A stretch of DNA of 64,000 nt from Fimicolochytrium jonesii (GCF_025526975.1 NW_026515668.1:868001-932000), one strand, 5' to 3'; shown: positions 39,100 to 53,129, counted from the first letter of the stretch. Program-made: numbers and translations. The notes: generated by a model not told the origin, from the sequence alone.

Positions 39100-40422
39100 A
39101 TGACCCCGCTGCTCAAGTTGGGCGTCCTTGTCCTATTGACGTCGGCTTCTGTCGCCAACGCCGACAACCACCTTCAAGCTCGCCAAGCTGTTGTCTCTGG
39201 CACTCCCGTAGCTCAGGCACCCGCAGCGACAAGCGCACCGGTGGCCGCCGCACCTGCAGCGCCAGTAGCAAGTACTCCCGCCGCCGCAGCGCCTCCCGCG
39301 ACTCCGGCCGCCCCAGCGGCAACTTCGGCTGCAGCTGCAGCGCCCGTAGTGCCCGCGGCTCCGGTGGTGACATCCGTCGTAGTACCAGTAGTGCTACCGT
39401 CGGTGACGGCCGTGATTCCAGTTGTCTCCACACCAGTTCCTCTCGTTGTGAGCTCCATTCCAATCCCCGCAGTGTCCTCAACTTCGGTACGAGCCAGCAC
39501 GACATCTACTCCGACATCTCGGGTTCCCACCTCGACCCTAGCGGAGACGTCGACAACCTCCACAGTGTTACCCGCAGCGACGGCGTTACCTGCGGCGACG
39601 GCAAATATCATTGCGCCAAATACGGACCCAGTGAACCAGGAGTACTCGTCGTTCTCTCAAACGGCAGTTATCGGGATATCTGTTGCAGCAGGGGCCATCG
39701 TCGTCGGAGCAGTCTCCATCTTCGTGTTCAGAAAGGTTGCGAATAGCCGGGCCAGGAACGGTAAATCAGCTCAACTTGCTTTTGCGGTTCACACGAGAAG
39801 AAAGACACACAGTGGAAACGGAGGAAAGGCGATGGTATCCAGCAATGCCAACAGTCAATCGACGCTTGTTAGCAACACATCCGTGAATGATGTTCATGCG
39901 GGTCAGCCGGGAAGCGCCATTGAGCACCCGTCCTTTGGTCGCGTCAAGCACGACGGACCCGGTGTCGAGGGGCTGCACGCCAGCCCTGCTGACCACGAGT
40001 ACTACCACCAGCCCACCTCGCAAGTCATCAATGTTGCGCCGACACCCACTGGCAGGATGATACCAGAGGGTTATTACTACGACCCATACACCTACGCACA
40101 TCCGACGGAGATGATGGCATCGGTCGCCGCGGTCGCTTCCATCCCACATCCTCACCCTCACGCCCACCCACAACCCCACCACTACCAGCAGCCAATGTAC
40201 TATGAGGTTGACCCGTCCCACGATCCAAACATGAGCATGCCGCGCCCAATCCCACCGCACATGGCGGGCATACCGCACGGACAGTATCCAACTGAAGTGT
40301 ACGAGGTGTACTACCCACAACAACCATACCACCCGCAGCCATCATTGACTCGACAGCCATCATTGGAGGAAATGTATTACCCCGCAGCAGAGGATGAAAG
40401 CGGTAGCAATAGAGGTCATTAG
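39100..40422 (+). CDS. Type I membrane protein with Ser/Thr/Ala/Pro-rich ectodomain (Mid2/Wsc-like architecture)
   Basis: Signal peptide, STAP-rich region, TM helix VIGISVAAGAIVVGAVSIFVF followed by RK, and a Tyr/Pro-rich tail. Confidence 0.75.
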   Translation: MTPLLKLGVLVLLTSASVANADNHLQARQAVVSGTPVAQAPAATSAPVAAAPAAPVASTPAAAAPPATPAAPAATSAAAAAPVVPAAPVVTSVVVPVVLPSVTAVIPVVSTPVPLVVSSIPIPAVSSTSVRASTTSTPTSRVPTSTLAETSTTSTVLPAATALPAATANIIAPNTDPVNQEYSSFSQTAVIGISVAAGAIVVGAVSIFVFRKVANSRARNGKSAQLAFAVHTRRKTHSGNGGKAMVSSNANSQSTLVSNTSVNDVHAGQPGSAIEHPSFGRVKHDGPGVEGLHASPADHEYYHQPTSQVINVAPTPTGRMIPEGYYYDPYTYAHPTEMMASVAAVASIPHPHPHAHPQPHHYQQPMYYEVDPSHDPNMSMPRPIPPHMAGIPHGQYPTEVYEVYYPQQPYHPQPSLTRQPSLEEMYYPAAEDESGSNRGH

Positions 40423-41424
40423 CCTATTAGATCTAGAGTAATTCATTCGTAGGTGCAACAGTGATCCATTGGAATATTGCTCCTGTGTATCATAGAGAGC
40501 GCGTATTGAGCCGAACACAATCAACGATTTTGGGACTGCTTGTCGTACATGCATCAAATAGAGCGCCCCGGGTAGAATCGACCGATGGTTCAAGAGGTTC
40601 CTCCGGCTCGGTTCCCTTCTGAGAGACGTCGGAGGTTGCGAGTAGGAATACGAGCGGCGGTGATAACGCGACGCGTTCCTTCCTTCCTGCGCTCTTCCGG
40701 GCGGGGAAGGGCAGTATTTGGCGACGGCGGGTTTGGAGGGTTGCGAGTGGGTTGGGGGAGGAGTGGAATGGGAGGGAGACTAAAAAAAGACCCGAGTGTC
40801 AAATAGTCTGGAGACGTATAAAAGCAGGAGGGTCTCGCTGGCGCCCCTTTTCTTGGCCGCACGTTACGCGTCTTGCGAGCTCCTCTTTCCACCTTTTCAC
40901 CCCTGAATCATCAATAGGCAGAATGGCTGTAACAACTCTCGACATCTCCTTTCATCACGCTCATAAGCGTTTTGAATCCACAACCCAACTCGTTGGAGTG
41001 CTTATCTTCTTGAGTCTGTTTCCGCTGACCATTGTGCAATCTGCTTTCCAAGTCGAATTGGAGAGACGGAGTAAGTCTTCTTTTTTGTATGCTTATGCAG
41101 AGTAGAACAATAAAAATGAACAGTATCCCTTTCTTTTTACAGAGTCCGAACGCAAGCAGCTGCGTGATAACGCAAACGCTGTCAATACAATATTTGACGA
41201 GGTGGAGCGAATGCGGGCGGCACGAGGAGGCAAGCGCCCTTTGAAGATTCTCGCTGTCGGAAAGAAGCCTCTACCGATACCTGTAGATTGTCATGACAAA
41301 GCTGACACCTCTTCTCGGCATTGATCCACTGAGATCCACTGCTTGCGGAGAAGGTGTCGCGTTTGAATCGCGATGACGAGCTCCTACAAAGAATGGTTGA
41401 TGATTGGCCTGATGGTTTCCCGGC

Positions 41425-42000
41425 TCGTTTCCAGCTCTGTGCCGCGCGCATTCGTTCCTGGATGAGCGTCACCATGTCGCCCATACGCTTCATCCATACG
41501 TCAGCGGGGGTGTGGGCTTCCTCTTGCATGCCCATGTTGCGCGGGGTCTGAGGATGGAAACCGAGGTCGGCCTGAAAGGGGGTCATTCCAGTGCTGGCGT
41601 TGACGCTATCGTTGTATCCGAACTCCAGCGCCGAGATGTAGCGACTCCAATTTCGCCCATTGAGGTCTGGGTTCGCCGCTATCATCTGTTTGATGGTCTG
41701 GATGGCGCGTTCTGACTGACCGTCGGATTGTTGATGGTTCGCGGTCGCTATTGCTGTGTGGAAACCCATATAATCGGGTATGGTTCTCCACATCTCCGAG
41801 GTGAGCTTCGAGTCGCGGTCGGTGACGATAGTGGTCGGTATACCATGTAAGCGGACGATGTTGTCGACGAAAAGTTGGCCAAACCCTTCCGCAGTGATCG
41901 TGCAGTGAGTAGGAACGAGGTGCACGCGCTTCGTCAAGCGGCAGACAAACACCGCAAGGAGGTCACGCCCGCAGTCGTCCTCAGGCATGTAGGCAAAGTC
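41425..42000 (-). mobile_element. Ty3/Gypsy integrase core fragment
   Basis: VCRLTKRVHLVP, IVRLHGIPTTIVTDRD, HQQSDGQSERAIQ, EFGYN..STGMTPF. Confidence 0.9.
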
Positions 42001-42099
42001 GACCGGGTGTTACGAGCATGTCCGCTACTTTTCACGGGGCCTGAGGGCGGATCTGCGCGTACCCATCATCGCCCAGCACCAGGCCATGGAATTGACGGT

Positions 42100-43623
42100 T
42101 GAGGACATGCACGACATTGCAAACCGTCTTGATGTGGCCCTCAACGGCGCTCGCCCCGACTACGTAGGGCCTTCGGCCACCGCCCCATGTTTGCTTCTTC
42201 GTCCACCCCTAAACCCCTGCCCGCGCTCCCCGCCCCGGCCAACCCCTGGCCGTTGAAACGAGGCGCGGCCGTCCAGCAGATCAAGGCGGAACCACAACTC
42301 AAACGACCGCGGCTGATGGTACCACGACTGACCCCAGAGGAGCGCGACCGTTGCATGCCGGAACGGCCTCTGTTTACGGTGCCGCCAACCCGGACATCTC
42401 GCCGCGCAGCGCCCGACATCCAACAAATTGAAACGGACGCACCTCCGACGCCAGGGGCGGCTGGCGGCGCCATGGTCCTCCACCCTGACCGCGAAGCTCA
42501 AGTGGATTTTTAGAGGGTCCCGGGGCGACGACCACGCCACTGGGACCCTACCAAGGTCGCCCACCCGACACCGCTTCGGGCCCGCCCAAGAGACGACGCC
42601 CGCAAGCCCACCGCGATGACGAGCTCAGGCCCCCGAAACGCGTGCGCTTCGTAAACCATACAACTGTCCGCTACTTTGAGAAACACCGACCTCCACACTC
42701 CCGGTCGCCGCGGACCATATCCAACGAAACCTCAGAACCTCTTTCCATCGAACCCCCTCCGCGCTCAGAACCCTACGAACCTCCCGTTGACAACGAACCA
42801 CCCGAACCCCTTTCCATTCAACCACGATCCCTGGGACACTCTGAACCTACCACTGATTCCCCTACGCCGAAACCCCCGCACAAAGACAAACCACAATTCC
42901 TCGAACACTCTGAACCTACCACTGAATCCCCGACGTCCACATGTGGGTCCACAACCCTAACCCGGTTAGGGTTACCAACCCTAATCCCCAACCTCACAAC
43001 CCTAGCCCGGGTAGGGTTACCAACCCTGATCCCCAACTTCACAACCCTAACCCGGTGATAACCCTAATCCCCAACAAACCACAATTCCTCGAACACTCCG
43101 AACCAACCACTGAACCCCCGACGTTCACACCCCGCACATACAGTAGACGCCACAACCATCATGGACCCCCGAGAGCCCCAGGACCCGTCGCCGTCGCAGC
43201 CGCGCAAACCTCGCGCAATCTCTGATTCACGGCTACAACCACAGACGACTGCAAGAGTACGACTTGAAGATACAATACCTCCCCGGAGAGACGAACACGC
43301 TCGCGGACTTGCTATCCCGTCGGCCAGACTATGCTCCTCGCTGTGTCAAGTGCCAGTCGCGGGCACAAGTCGAAACTTCCTCCATCGTTCTCAACACCAG
43401 CACCGATCTGCACCAGGAAGTGAAGACCCTCCTCGAAACGGACGACTACGGCCATAAGATCCTCGCCGCCCTGGCTCTTCCGGAGGCCAGGCGATCCCAG
43501 CACGAACCCCGATTTCATACGTCCGACGGGTTGCTATACTACGACAACCGCCTATACATCCCGAAAGGACCCCTGCGTGATCAACTCCTCTTCGACGCCC
43601 ACGCAGCCGACGCGGCAGGATGA
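42100..43623 (+). mobile_element. Degenerate Ty3/Gypsy gag-pol fragments with internal repeats
   Basis: LQEYDLKIQYLPGETNTLADLLSRRPDY..GLLYYDNRLYIP..LFDAH (RNase H/integrase junction), plus tandem repeats at 42830-43125. Confidence 0.75.
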
Positions 43624-44494
43624 TCATATACCAGCTGTACCACGCGTCGAAGCAATCTTGTGAGAAGTTCGTCAGCCGGCTCCTCAGTTCTCTCTTCCGG
43701 CCGACGGCCGGCAATTTCCACCCGGTACCACCGCGCCTGAGCACCGACATGTTGTCTTGCTCCCGCCGCATCCCGGTTCCTCATCGAACCCAAAAGCCTG
43801 GCCAACGACTGACCCGGCGCCACGCTCATCGTGTCCAATCCGAAACTCTCTCCGGTAACGATGTCCTGGAGGTGCCCGTCAAATATCAACTGAACCGCAG
43901 TTCCGGCAAAACGGGTACCACCGGCACTCGGTATGCCAAATCTCGTTTGAAACCCACCCCCCCCCCCCCCCCCCCCCCCCCCCGGCCTCCCCGTGAGCCC
44001 TGTGTCGTTGTTCCCCGGCCTCGATCTCCCCGGCCTCGCTCCGGCCGCGCCCCGCGAGACCCAGTCCTACGGCTACCGGGAGGGGGGTTGAAGCCTTGTG
44101 GACTAGCCATCAACGGAGCTGGCATGGTTTCGACGGCAGGTGGAGGGGAGCGTGACTTGCAGACATCTGGACCAACTGGAGAACACGCCCCTTCGGTTCT
44201 TAGAGGAAAAACCCAAAGTGGGAATGTCTGCTGGGCGGTCCGGATCTACTGTACGTACGTCCATATAAAGACACCATCGACATCGCCAGAACATGACCAA
44301 CGCCCCACTGTCTCCAAGTACTTTCTCCACGGCGAGCCCGCTCCGACTGGGGAAACAGCAACAACAAGCAGGTTTGGTATCTCACTAAACATTTCTGATT
44401 AACGGGTACGCTCAAGGAATATCACTTCAAGTTGGGCATGTTGATAAGGGGTCCTAATATGTCGGGAATGTGTTGTTCGCTATTTTGACTAAAT

Positions 44495-45417
44495 TTACTG
44501 CTTGGTCTGAAGGGACTTAACGAGAGCGATGTACTGCTTCTGAGCGTCCTCCTTGCTGGTTCCTAGATTTGAGGAAGGGTGCATTTGAATTTTGGAATTG
44601 CCAGACGGGATGGCGGGGTGTGATGTGATGGACTTACCCTTCAGCTTGGTCCAGGCGTCCCACTTGGCCTTGCCTTGGAGGTCGAACATGCCGGGCTTGG
44701 CTGAAAAGAAGAGGGACGGGCATATCGGTTAGCTCAGTGTCAGGCAGGTCAGCAAGATGAACATAGTCCAGACGGGCATATCGGTTAGCTCAGTGTCAGG
44801 CAGGTCAGCAAGATGAACATAGTCCAGACTTCGCAACCCCTATGCTCCGCCCTCGGTCAGGCCGTCCCTCCACCGGAATGACAGACCATTGTTGCCCGCC
44901 TCGCCTGTGCTGCTTTGGCCCCCCTCCCATATCCGACCGCTCGACCGCCCTCCTCTCCCTCAACGCAACACGCATCGCCAATCGAAATCAGAGTCTGCCT
45001 TCCTGGCGCTACTTACAGGTGTCATTGTCACCAACAATAGACTGCTTGAACAGACCGTAGAGCTCAAGAAGCTCGTCGTTGCTGGGCTTGTAGGTCAAGT
45101 TCTTGACGTCGGCGGCGGCTTGCACGAAGTCGGCCTGTTTCGGAGATGGTAAGCGTGAGATGCGTGATCAGGCAGGGGTGGAAATCCCAAAGAGTTGGCA
45201 TCGCTACACATCTTCTTTATCTGGCCTGCGTGCCTCCCATTACTGGTCTGGGGGCGAGCTCTCCGACCCCTGAGAAGAATGCCATCTTTCCCACGCTCCT
45301 TTGATAGATCATCTTGACCCGCCCATCCCACGAAGGCCAAGATCACCCATCAAAAGGCAACACCAACCCTCTCCCACCAGGCATACTTACGTTTCCGGTG
45401 CTTGCGGGGTCAGACAT
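44495..45417 (-). CDS. ACB1: Acyl-CoA-binding protein
   Basis: Spliced [77 protein letters not shown]. Confidence 0.95.
44715..44829. repeat. Perfect 56-bp tandem duplication in ACB1 intron 2
   Basis: GACGGGCATATCGGTTAGCTC..ATAGTCCA x2. Confidence 0.95.
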
Positions 45418-45839
45418 TGTTGCGATGAAGGAGTCGGCTATAAAGATTGGTTTTTGCTGTTGTGTTGAGCGGGCGGTCCCTCTCTCGCAGTGTCTCTTAT
45501 GCGTTGTGACGCCCGCACCACCGGAGCAAAGCGACATGTGCCATTCTGCCGTTCTGTGACTCACACACGCGCCGTGAAACGGTCACCTGCTGGATCTATG
45601 TCTGCTTACGTCACGCGAAGTCCCGCTGGCTGTCACCTCATCCTCCGCCTTTTGCATACCCGGTACCATCCAAGAAACTCTCCCAGATGCAACATACCTG
45701 CGCATAGTCCATCATTGTCTACAGCTTTCCGCATAGTCACCGCCGTCGTCCTCATAACCCGCTGGATTTTCCCAGTTCACACCACGTTTTCGTTGCGTCG
45801 GGGTTGAGCAGGCCGGCTCGTGCACAACCAGTATACACA

Positions 45840-48095
45840 ATGACATCCACCCTCGCCACCCCACCTCCCCACCTCAAACGAGCATCCACAACCGACTTCC
45901 ACCCCACACGCCACACCCGCACGTCATCCGACACCATTCCCCGGCGAACAAAGAGCGGCGCATCAAAACTGAAATGGCCGTCTCTCAAACCCGCAAAAGC
46001 GGAGTACGATCCAGACGGGACCGTGGTGGATTTGAGCGATGTTGGGCTTGACGGTGGGCATGTGGGACGGACGCGGAGTAGGGTGTTAGTTGATGGACAT
46101 CGACATGCGCGGGCGGTCTCCGCTTCCGCGATGTCGCTTACGCGGTCGGTGAGTGTCGAGTCCAATGCGTCACTGCCGGGGCCGAGAAGGTGGAGGAGGG
46201 GGTTGAAGGGGTTGTTGTCTGGGCGAAGGGGTGGAAATGGGAAGGGAGATGGGATGATCAACGCAGGTGAATATGACGGCAGCGCCCTATCGATCCAAAC
46301 CAACGATGACGACGACATTCCGACGGACCTGTACACGTCAAGCTGGCGTGGGTTCCCGTTTGCGCCGGGGAATGCAGCTGGCAGGGAGATTGAGAAGGAT
46401 CCGGTGAAGGCGGCAGCGGACTTTGATGAGTTGGTGGCGGGGTGGGGACGGTGTACGGCCGATGGTGGACGAACAGAAGATGGGGGAAGTAACGGAAGAC
46501 AGAACGGTGCACCCTCTGCAACGCCTAAAAAGCCCGGCACACACCGGCTAGTCGACCGACTCAAAGCATACGAGAACCCCGACGCCCATCAAGTAGCGTC
46601 GGAACAATATGCCTCCAATGCTACGCTCAACGCCTCGGACGAAAACGAGGACGAGTACAGCGCCACGCAATCGAGTTCCCTCAGCGAGGACGAAGTGCGG
46701 GATGGGGAAGAGTACGGGCTGTTTACGCGGAGTCGGAAGAGTCGGAGTATCCGGAGCGCCGCGAGCAGCCGGCAGGGGAGTCTGGCGCGCCGGCCGCGCG
46801 GGAGTGCCAGCGGCCGGGCCGAAACGGAGTCCTCGGGAAGTCTTGGGGCGGTTGTCGACGATGATGCTGTCTGGCAACGTGGCCTGGTCACTGTATCGGC
46901 GCCATCAACGCTATCTCGTCCCAGTACACCCATCCAACATGACTCGCCTTCCACTACCCCCGACGAAGGCGGCCAGCAACAACAGAAGCAGCAACCTGTA
47001 CCCCTACCCCGTCCAACCCGCCGCATCCGCTTCGAATCCATCTGCGCCCAAGTCCTTGGTCCGAACTGGCTCGATCAAATCACCCCACCACCCAAACCCA
47101 CGCCTTCCACCACCATACCAACCACAACAGCGTCAACACCACACCCACTCCTCCGCACCCGCACGCCGACAACGCCGAAGGGAACCGATAGCTCTTTGCT
47201 GGATCTGTTTGAGTTTGATTTGTTGCTGCATGAACGGCAGAGGATGGAGTTGAGGCAGCGGAGGGGGAGGAGGCGGGGGAGCGGGGGCGGTGGCGGCGGT
47301 TATCCGGCCACTGGGAATAAAGCGGAGGGGGGCGAGGAGGGGTGGGGTGGGTGGGTCGGCAAACTGCTCCTCTCGCGGGACCGCACCCCTGCGCATGCCA
47401 CGGCTCGCCCATCGCCCTCACCGCCGACGCCGCAGAGAGGAGGTAAACGCTCGCGACGGCCAGGACGGCGGGGCGGGTGCGGCGTACGGCGGGGGGGTTC
47501 CGGCCCCGAAACCGGCCACGGGGACGGGGACGGGGACGGGGACGAACTGGTGCATTCGATCGACTGGAGCACGCGCGCGATCGTCGCCACCCGCCGCGCC
47601 GACATGGACGCACCGCACGCCGCCAAGCTCGGCGACTCGCAACTCGCCGATCTCCAGCGCGCGTTGGAGGACGAACTGGTGGGTGGGGAGATCGATCTCG
47701 CGGTGAAACATCACCCCGTCGATGATGGACTGCACGCGGACCGTCAGGCTGCCTCAAGCGAGATGACACCCCCCCTCCACCTCGGCTCCGCGAACCTCTC
47801 CGTAGCCCTCGCGCTTCCGCCCCCGCCCCTGCACTCCCCGCCGCCCATTTCGCGGCGGTCGCGGTCATCGTTGCACCATCCGCATACGACGAATACGAAA
47901 CAAACGCGCGGCGTGAGGAAGAAGAGCACGCAGGTGCCGTGGTCAAGTATGTTTTCGTATGTGAGGGAGTGGAGTGGGCTGGGGGGGTATACCGGGTTGG
48001 TGAGGTTTTTGTTTGGGGGTGGGGAGGGGAAGGGGGTGAACGAGGGGGAGGAGCGGGAGATGCGGGAGATGCAGCAGATGCGGGATTTTAGGTAA
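45840..48095 (+). CDS. Hypothetical low-complexity/disordered protein (~750 aa)
   Basis: Uninterrupted 2.2-kb ORF with host-like composition; no recognisable domain. Confidence 0.65.
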   Translation: MTSTLATPPPHLKRASTTDFHPTRHTRTSSDTIPRRTKSGASKLKWPSLKPAKAEYDPDGTVVDLSDVGLDGGHVGRTRSRVLVDGHRHARAVSASAMSLTRSVSVESNASLPGPRRWRRGLKGLLSGRRGGNGKGDGMINAGEYDGSALSIQTNDDDDIPTDLYTSSWRGFPFAPGNAAGREIEKDPVKAAADFDELVAGWGRCTADGGRTEDGGSNGRQNGAPSATPKKPGTHRLVDRLKAYENPDAHQVASEQYASNATLNASDENEDEYSATQSSSLSEDEVRDGEEYGLFTRSRKSRSIRSAASSRQGSLARRPRGSASGRAETESSGSLGAVVDDDAVWQRGLVTVSAPSTLSRPSTPIQHDSPSTTPDEGGQQQQKQQPVPLPRPTRRIRFESICAQVLGPNWLDQITPPPKPTPSTTIPTTTASTPHPLLRTRTPTTPKGTDSSLLDLFEFDLLLHERQRMELRQRRGRRRGSGGGGGGYPATGNKAEGGEEGWGGWVGKLLLSRDRTPAHATARPSPSPPTPQRGGKRSRRPGRRGGCGVRRGGSGPETGHGDGDGDGDELVHSIDWSTRAIVATRRADMDAPHAAKLGDSQLADLQRALEDELVGGEIDLAVKHHPVDDGLHADRQAASSEMTPPLHLGSANLSVALALPPPPLHSPPPISRRSRSSLHHPHTTNTKQTRGVRKKSTQVPWSSMFSYVREWSGLGGYTGLVRFLFGGGEGKGVNEGEEREMREMQQMRDFR

Positions 48096-48636
48096 CAGGT
48101 GGGGAGGGAAGGGGAGTGGGGGTTTCCATTTTTAGTGCCAGGGTGGTTTTCTTGGGTAGGGTTTGACGTGCACGGTAGTCTAACCCGCCTAGCTTAGATC
48201 TAGGTATGCAGCTGCTCAAACCCACCATCCTCCCTCCGCATACCGATACCTTAGTTGTTAGCGGCGGCCTTTCTGCAGAGCGGCCTTTCTGATGCAACTG
48301 TAACGTCTTCTCTGATACTGCTTTTTCGACCGATTGTCGTCACGAAGTTTTTAGCATTCGCTCGTTCTCATTATGGCATGGTGTTCATTCTTGCCAATGA
48401 GAGCGTCGGCAGAGTAGATATAGCTGTTGCCATCTTTCCGATGAATTGGTAGGACAAACCTTCTGTTCGCAACCGCAACCGCAACCGTCTCCACGCGTAC
48501 TGTCGCACTTTGAAGCGCCTCACCGCGAAGAGACGCACAATTTTTCAAATCTCCCTTCCCGCTGCAAATGCACCCTCGAAGCGTTTGCCTAAAAGATCAT
48601 CTCTGTTCTCCGCCCAAATTTCTTTCGTGTGCGTTT

Positions 48637-49879
<1,243 letters not shown>

Positions 49880-50076
49880 TCAATTCCAAATCAAAGTCAC
49901 GTGCTCAGATCACCCTTTTTTAATGCGAAGGCTTGTCGAACGGGCAACTACGGGCAACGACGACGAACATCCTCCCCCCCAAACAGACGCCAAGGGCTAT
50001 CATAACACTACCAAACCCTCCAGTCCGTTCTCCCCCCCCCCCCCCCCCCCCCCCCCCCCGTCCCCAAAGCACAACA

Positions 50077-50802
50077 ATGTCCAGCGCGGCAATGAACGTC
50101 AACGCTCAACTAGAGCACCGTAAGTGAAATTCACTCCCCAGGCGCACTCCCCGTCCGCTCCCCCGTCCTAACCACCTCCACTGCTCAGTCCAATCCAAGC
50201 ACGTCGGCACAGGGCACGCCGACACCAACAAATTGTACGTGCCTCCTCACGCCCCGTCGTCCATCCCAATCCCCCCCTAACATGATCTCGATTTCTCATT
50301 AGTGAATGGGTGGTCAACCAACATCGCGACACGTACGCCTCGATCATCGGCCACAACACGCTGCTGGCGTATGCGTCGGTGGCGGAGAACGAGAGCATGG
50401 GGAGGAAGAAGTTTGAGATGGTGGAGAAGATGTTGCAGCCTTGGTATGTTGTTTCGGGGGAGGACGAGGAGAGGGAGGGGATGGGGACGAAGGGCTGTGG
50501 GATTGGGTGGTTGAAGGGAGTTGGGGTGTTGGGAGGGTAGCAGCTTTGGGGTGCTTGAAAGGGGAGCGAGGGGGCTGAGCAATGGAGTTTGTCTGCGGCG
50601 TGAGAGTGCGGACGGGGGATGGCGTGCCGGGTCTGGGGATTCGGCGGATGTGGTGAGGTTTAAGGTGGCTCCAGCGAAGTGAGGGGAGACGAGCAACAGC
50701 GAGAATTGGGATGGCTCTGATCTGTGAGAGATGTCTTGCTAACCTTCCGATCCCTCTCTTTTCTCATCACACAGCGGCCTGCCCGTCCCACGCGACGACT
50801 GA
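50077..50802 (+). CDS. SF3B5: Splicing factor 3B subunit 5
   Basis: NAQLEH|LQSKHVGTGHADTNKF|EWVVNQHRDTYASIIGH..AENES..KMLQPC|G. Confidence 0.95.
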
Positions 50803-50888
50803 TTCGACCTCGAAAAGCATCACACGCACTCTCAACGCCGTCAGTGGACCCACTCCCTTCCTGTAAATACTTTTTCCTCAGCCGCGGC

Positions 50889-50987
50889 AGTGTGCCCAAC
50901 GCTTTTGATACCTAGTTTGTACCATAACTTATCACGACGGAACAATCATACCAGTCTCCTGTGTATGCATTCAGTTCATACCTACAT
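50889..50987 (+). repeat. ~98-bp dispersed repeat, copy 2
   Basis: Near-identical to 26036-26133. Confidence 0.9.
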
Positions 50988-51816
50988 GTGGCAGCGGGAC
51001 CTAAATGTTTTCAAATTGCTGTAGTCGACTGCCCCAAGATCACCGAGGAGGTCATAAAGGTCATCATTAACCACCGTAACACCACCGAACAGGAATGGAG
51101 CCGTACTGGGACCCGTGGGGAAGAGAGCAATAAGGAGTTTGCGGGATTCGATGATGATGATGCGCAGGTTTGCTTAGATTAGGTTTTTCTTTTGTTTTTG
51201 TTGTAACAATAAAGAAAGTAACGAGACACTTTTGAAGAGCAGCCTCTTGCGCACATTATGTACCACAATTGTTGGGTGTCCGTGTCCATATTCACAGAGC
51301 TCGTGGGGTTTGAACATGGTGAATGGAGGTTGAGCAGCTCCACCTGGCGACGGTCGGCGCGACTGCGCAAACATATGTGAGCGCTGAGGTTTGGCGACGA
51401 GGCGGGGGTGACTACTGTGGAGAATTGGCACAGAAGAGCTCGGCGGAGAGTCGCAGCTCGTACACGCGACCAGGGATGGACTGGTTGTCGGTGTGTTGGG
51501 CGGACATGTTCGTTGCGGGGGAGGACGAGGGCCCCATTGCCTCTATAGAGAATGTTCTTCAAAGGCCAGAAAAAAATGCTGTTTGAGTTTCGGGTGAGGA
51601 GGAGCAAAGCACGTTGTGTTACGAGTATCATTTAAATAAAACCAAGTCCAAAAAAACACGTCAAGGCGTTGACACAAAGTTCTGAGACGAAAGGCAACGG
51701 AGCGGGATGGGTATTAGCAGAAGCGGCGCGGAGAACGCTACACTCGTCAGGAAAATGCGGGGATGCTAGCGCTGAAGTCAACAACGCTATGGGTGGTTGA
51801 CGTGCAAGGTGATAAT

Positions 51817-52356
51817 TTATCCTGATGGCGTGGCGCTGTTGACCGATTTCACTACCGATACGATGATGATGATCAGGATAACGAGGACGATGGATCCGAT
51901 GATCAGCTTGAGCTTCAGGTCTTTCCACCACCTAAAGAGTACAAAAGGGCGTTCGTGTGAGTCCTTTGCATACATAAAGCAAAAGCAGACGTAGCTGACG
52001 GTAAAAGCTTTTCGCCAACATCGTTCACCAGTCTATTCAGGAAACAGGCTTCAACGCTTGTAAAGAGGAAAAACTTACATCTGCCTCCTGACTTTCGTTG
52101 CCCCACGCTTGAATTGCAAAGCGCCTTGCTGCAGATCATCCGTCTTGTTTTGCAACGTTTCGAGACGTTCACCTCGTTGCATCACCTTCTCGATCTATGG
52201 AGGGAACGAGAGTGTGAGCATGCCAAATCGCCTCGCCTTGATCGCTTTACCCCGCCGACTGTTCCCCACACGTACGTTGTTGTGCATAATCCCTATGACC
52301 TCATCCACTTGGTTCTGGACTTGGGCCGTCTTGGCCGGTTGTGCGCTTCCGGACAT
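51817..52356 (-). CDS. SNC1: Synaptobrevin/VAMP R-SNARE (Snc1/2-like)
   Basis: Not in the ORF track. Spliced: MSGSAQPAKTAQVQNQVDEVIGIMHNN|IEKVMQRGERLETLQNKTDDLQQGALQFKRGATKVRRQM|WWKDLKLKLIIGSIVLVILIIIIVSVVK. Confidence 0.93.
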
Positions 52357-53129
52357 GGTTGCAGACGAAAGGTGAGGGGGGAAGGTGGAGTAGTGATGGG
52401 TGAAAGACGCTGAACGACGCTATGCTATGCTAGACTGCGACTGCTGTTCTATGAAACAGTGAGTGGGGAGCGGGTGAGGGGATAGAAAACGGCGCATGGG
52501 AAGAGAGTGAGTGCAGTGATGGCGAAACACCTGCGGCGATTTATACGACTTGTAATGTGGGCGGCACCAACGCTTTTTTTTGAGTGCGTCTATCCAGCGA
52601 CACACGACGCATCCCCGAATAAGTAATAAGTTTATCTTCCAGAGGTTAACGAATGAAAGCACCGGCAGCTGCAGGCTTGGAGCGGCCTGGAATGTCCATT
52701 TTAGATGGATGCTATCTTATGTCCATTTTAGATGGATACTATCTTTGGCATTTTATTCAAGCTCATTGTCCACTTCGAAGACAAAGACGCTCTCCGACAG
52801 ATTATGACAGCGCGTACCTGCAAGGGAACTGAGATGTCATTCCGGTTCCTTTGGAAATACAGTACACACAGAGGCGTGTGATTGGCTGGCTGGCTAGATG
52901 TCCTGGCCAGATTATTCTGCATGGAGGCGTGTGATTGGCCGGATTTTCTTGCGGAGGGGTCTTGATCTGGTCGGTTGCGTTTGAGTATCAAGGCGTCGCG
53001 GATCGTGGGATCGATGAAAGCAATCGATGTCAGCGTGGTCGTTAAACGGGATGCGGTGAATGGGCTCCGGTGTCAGATGGGCGAACTGGCGAGTGGTTTT
53101 TTCTCGACAACAACACTGGCCGCAGCATC

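Noticed and set aside
44725..44745. tRNA A-box-like GGTTAGCTCAGTG
   Set aside because: No B box or cloverleaf; it is the reverse complement of an intron branch site.
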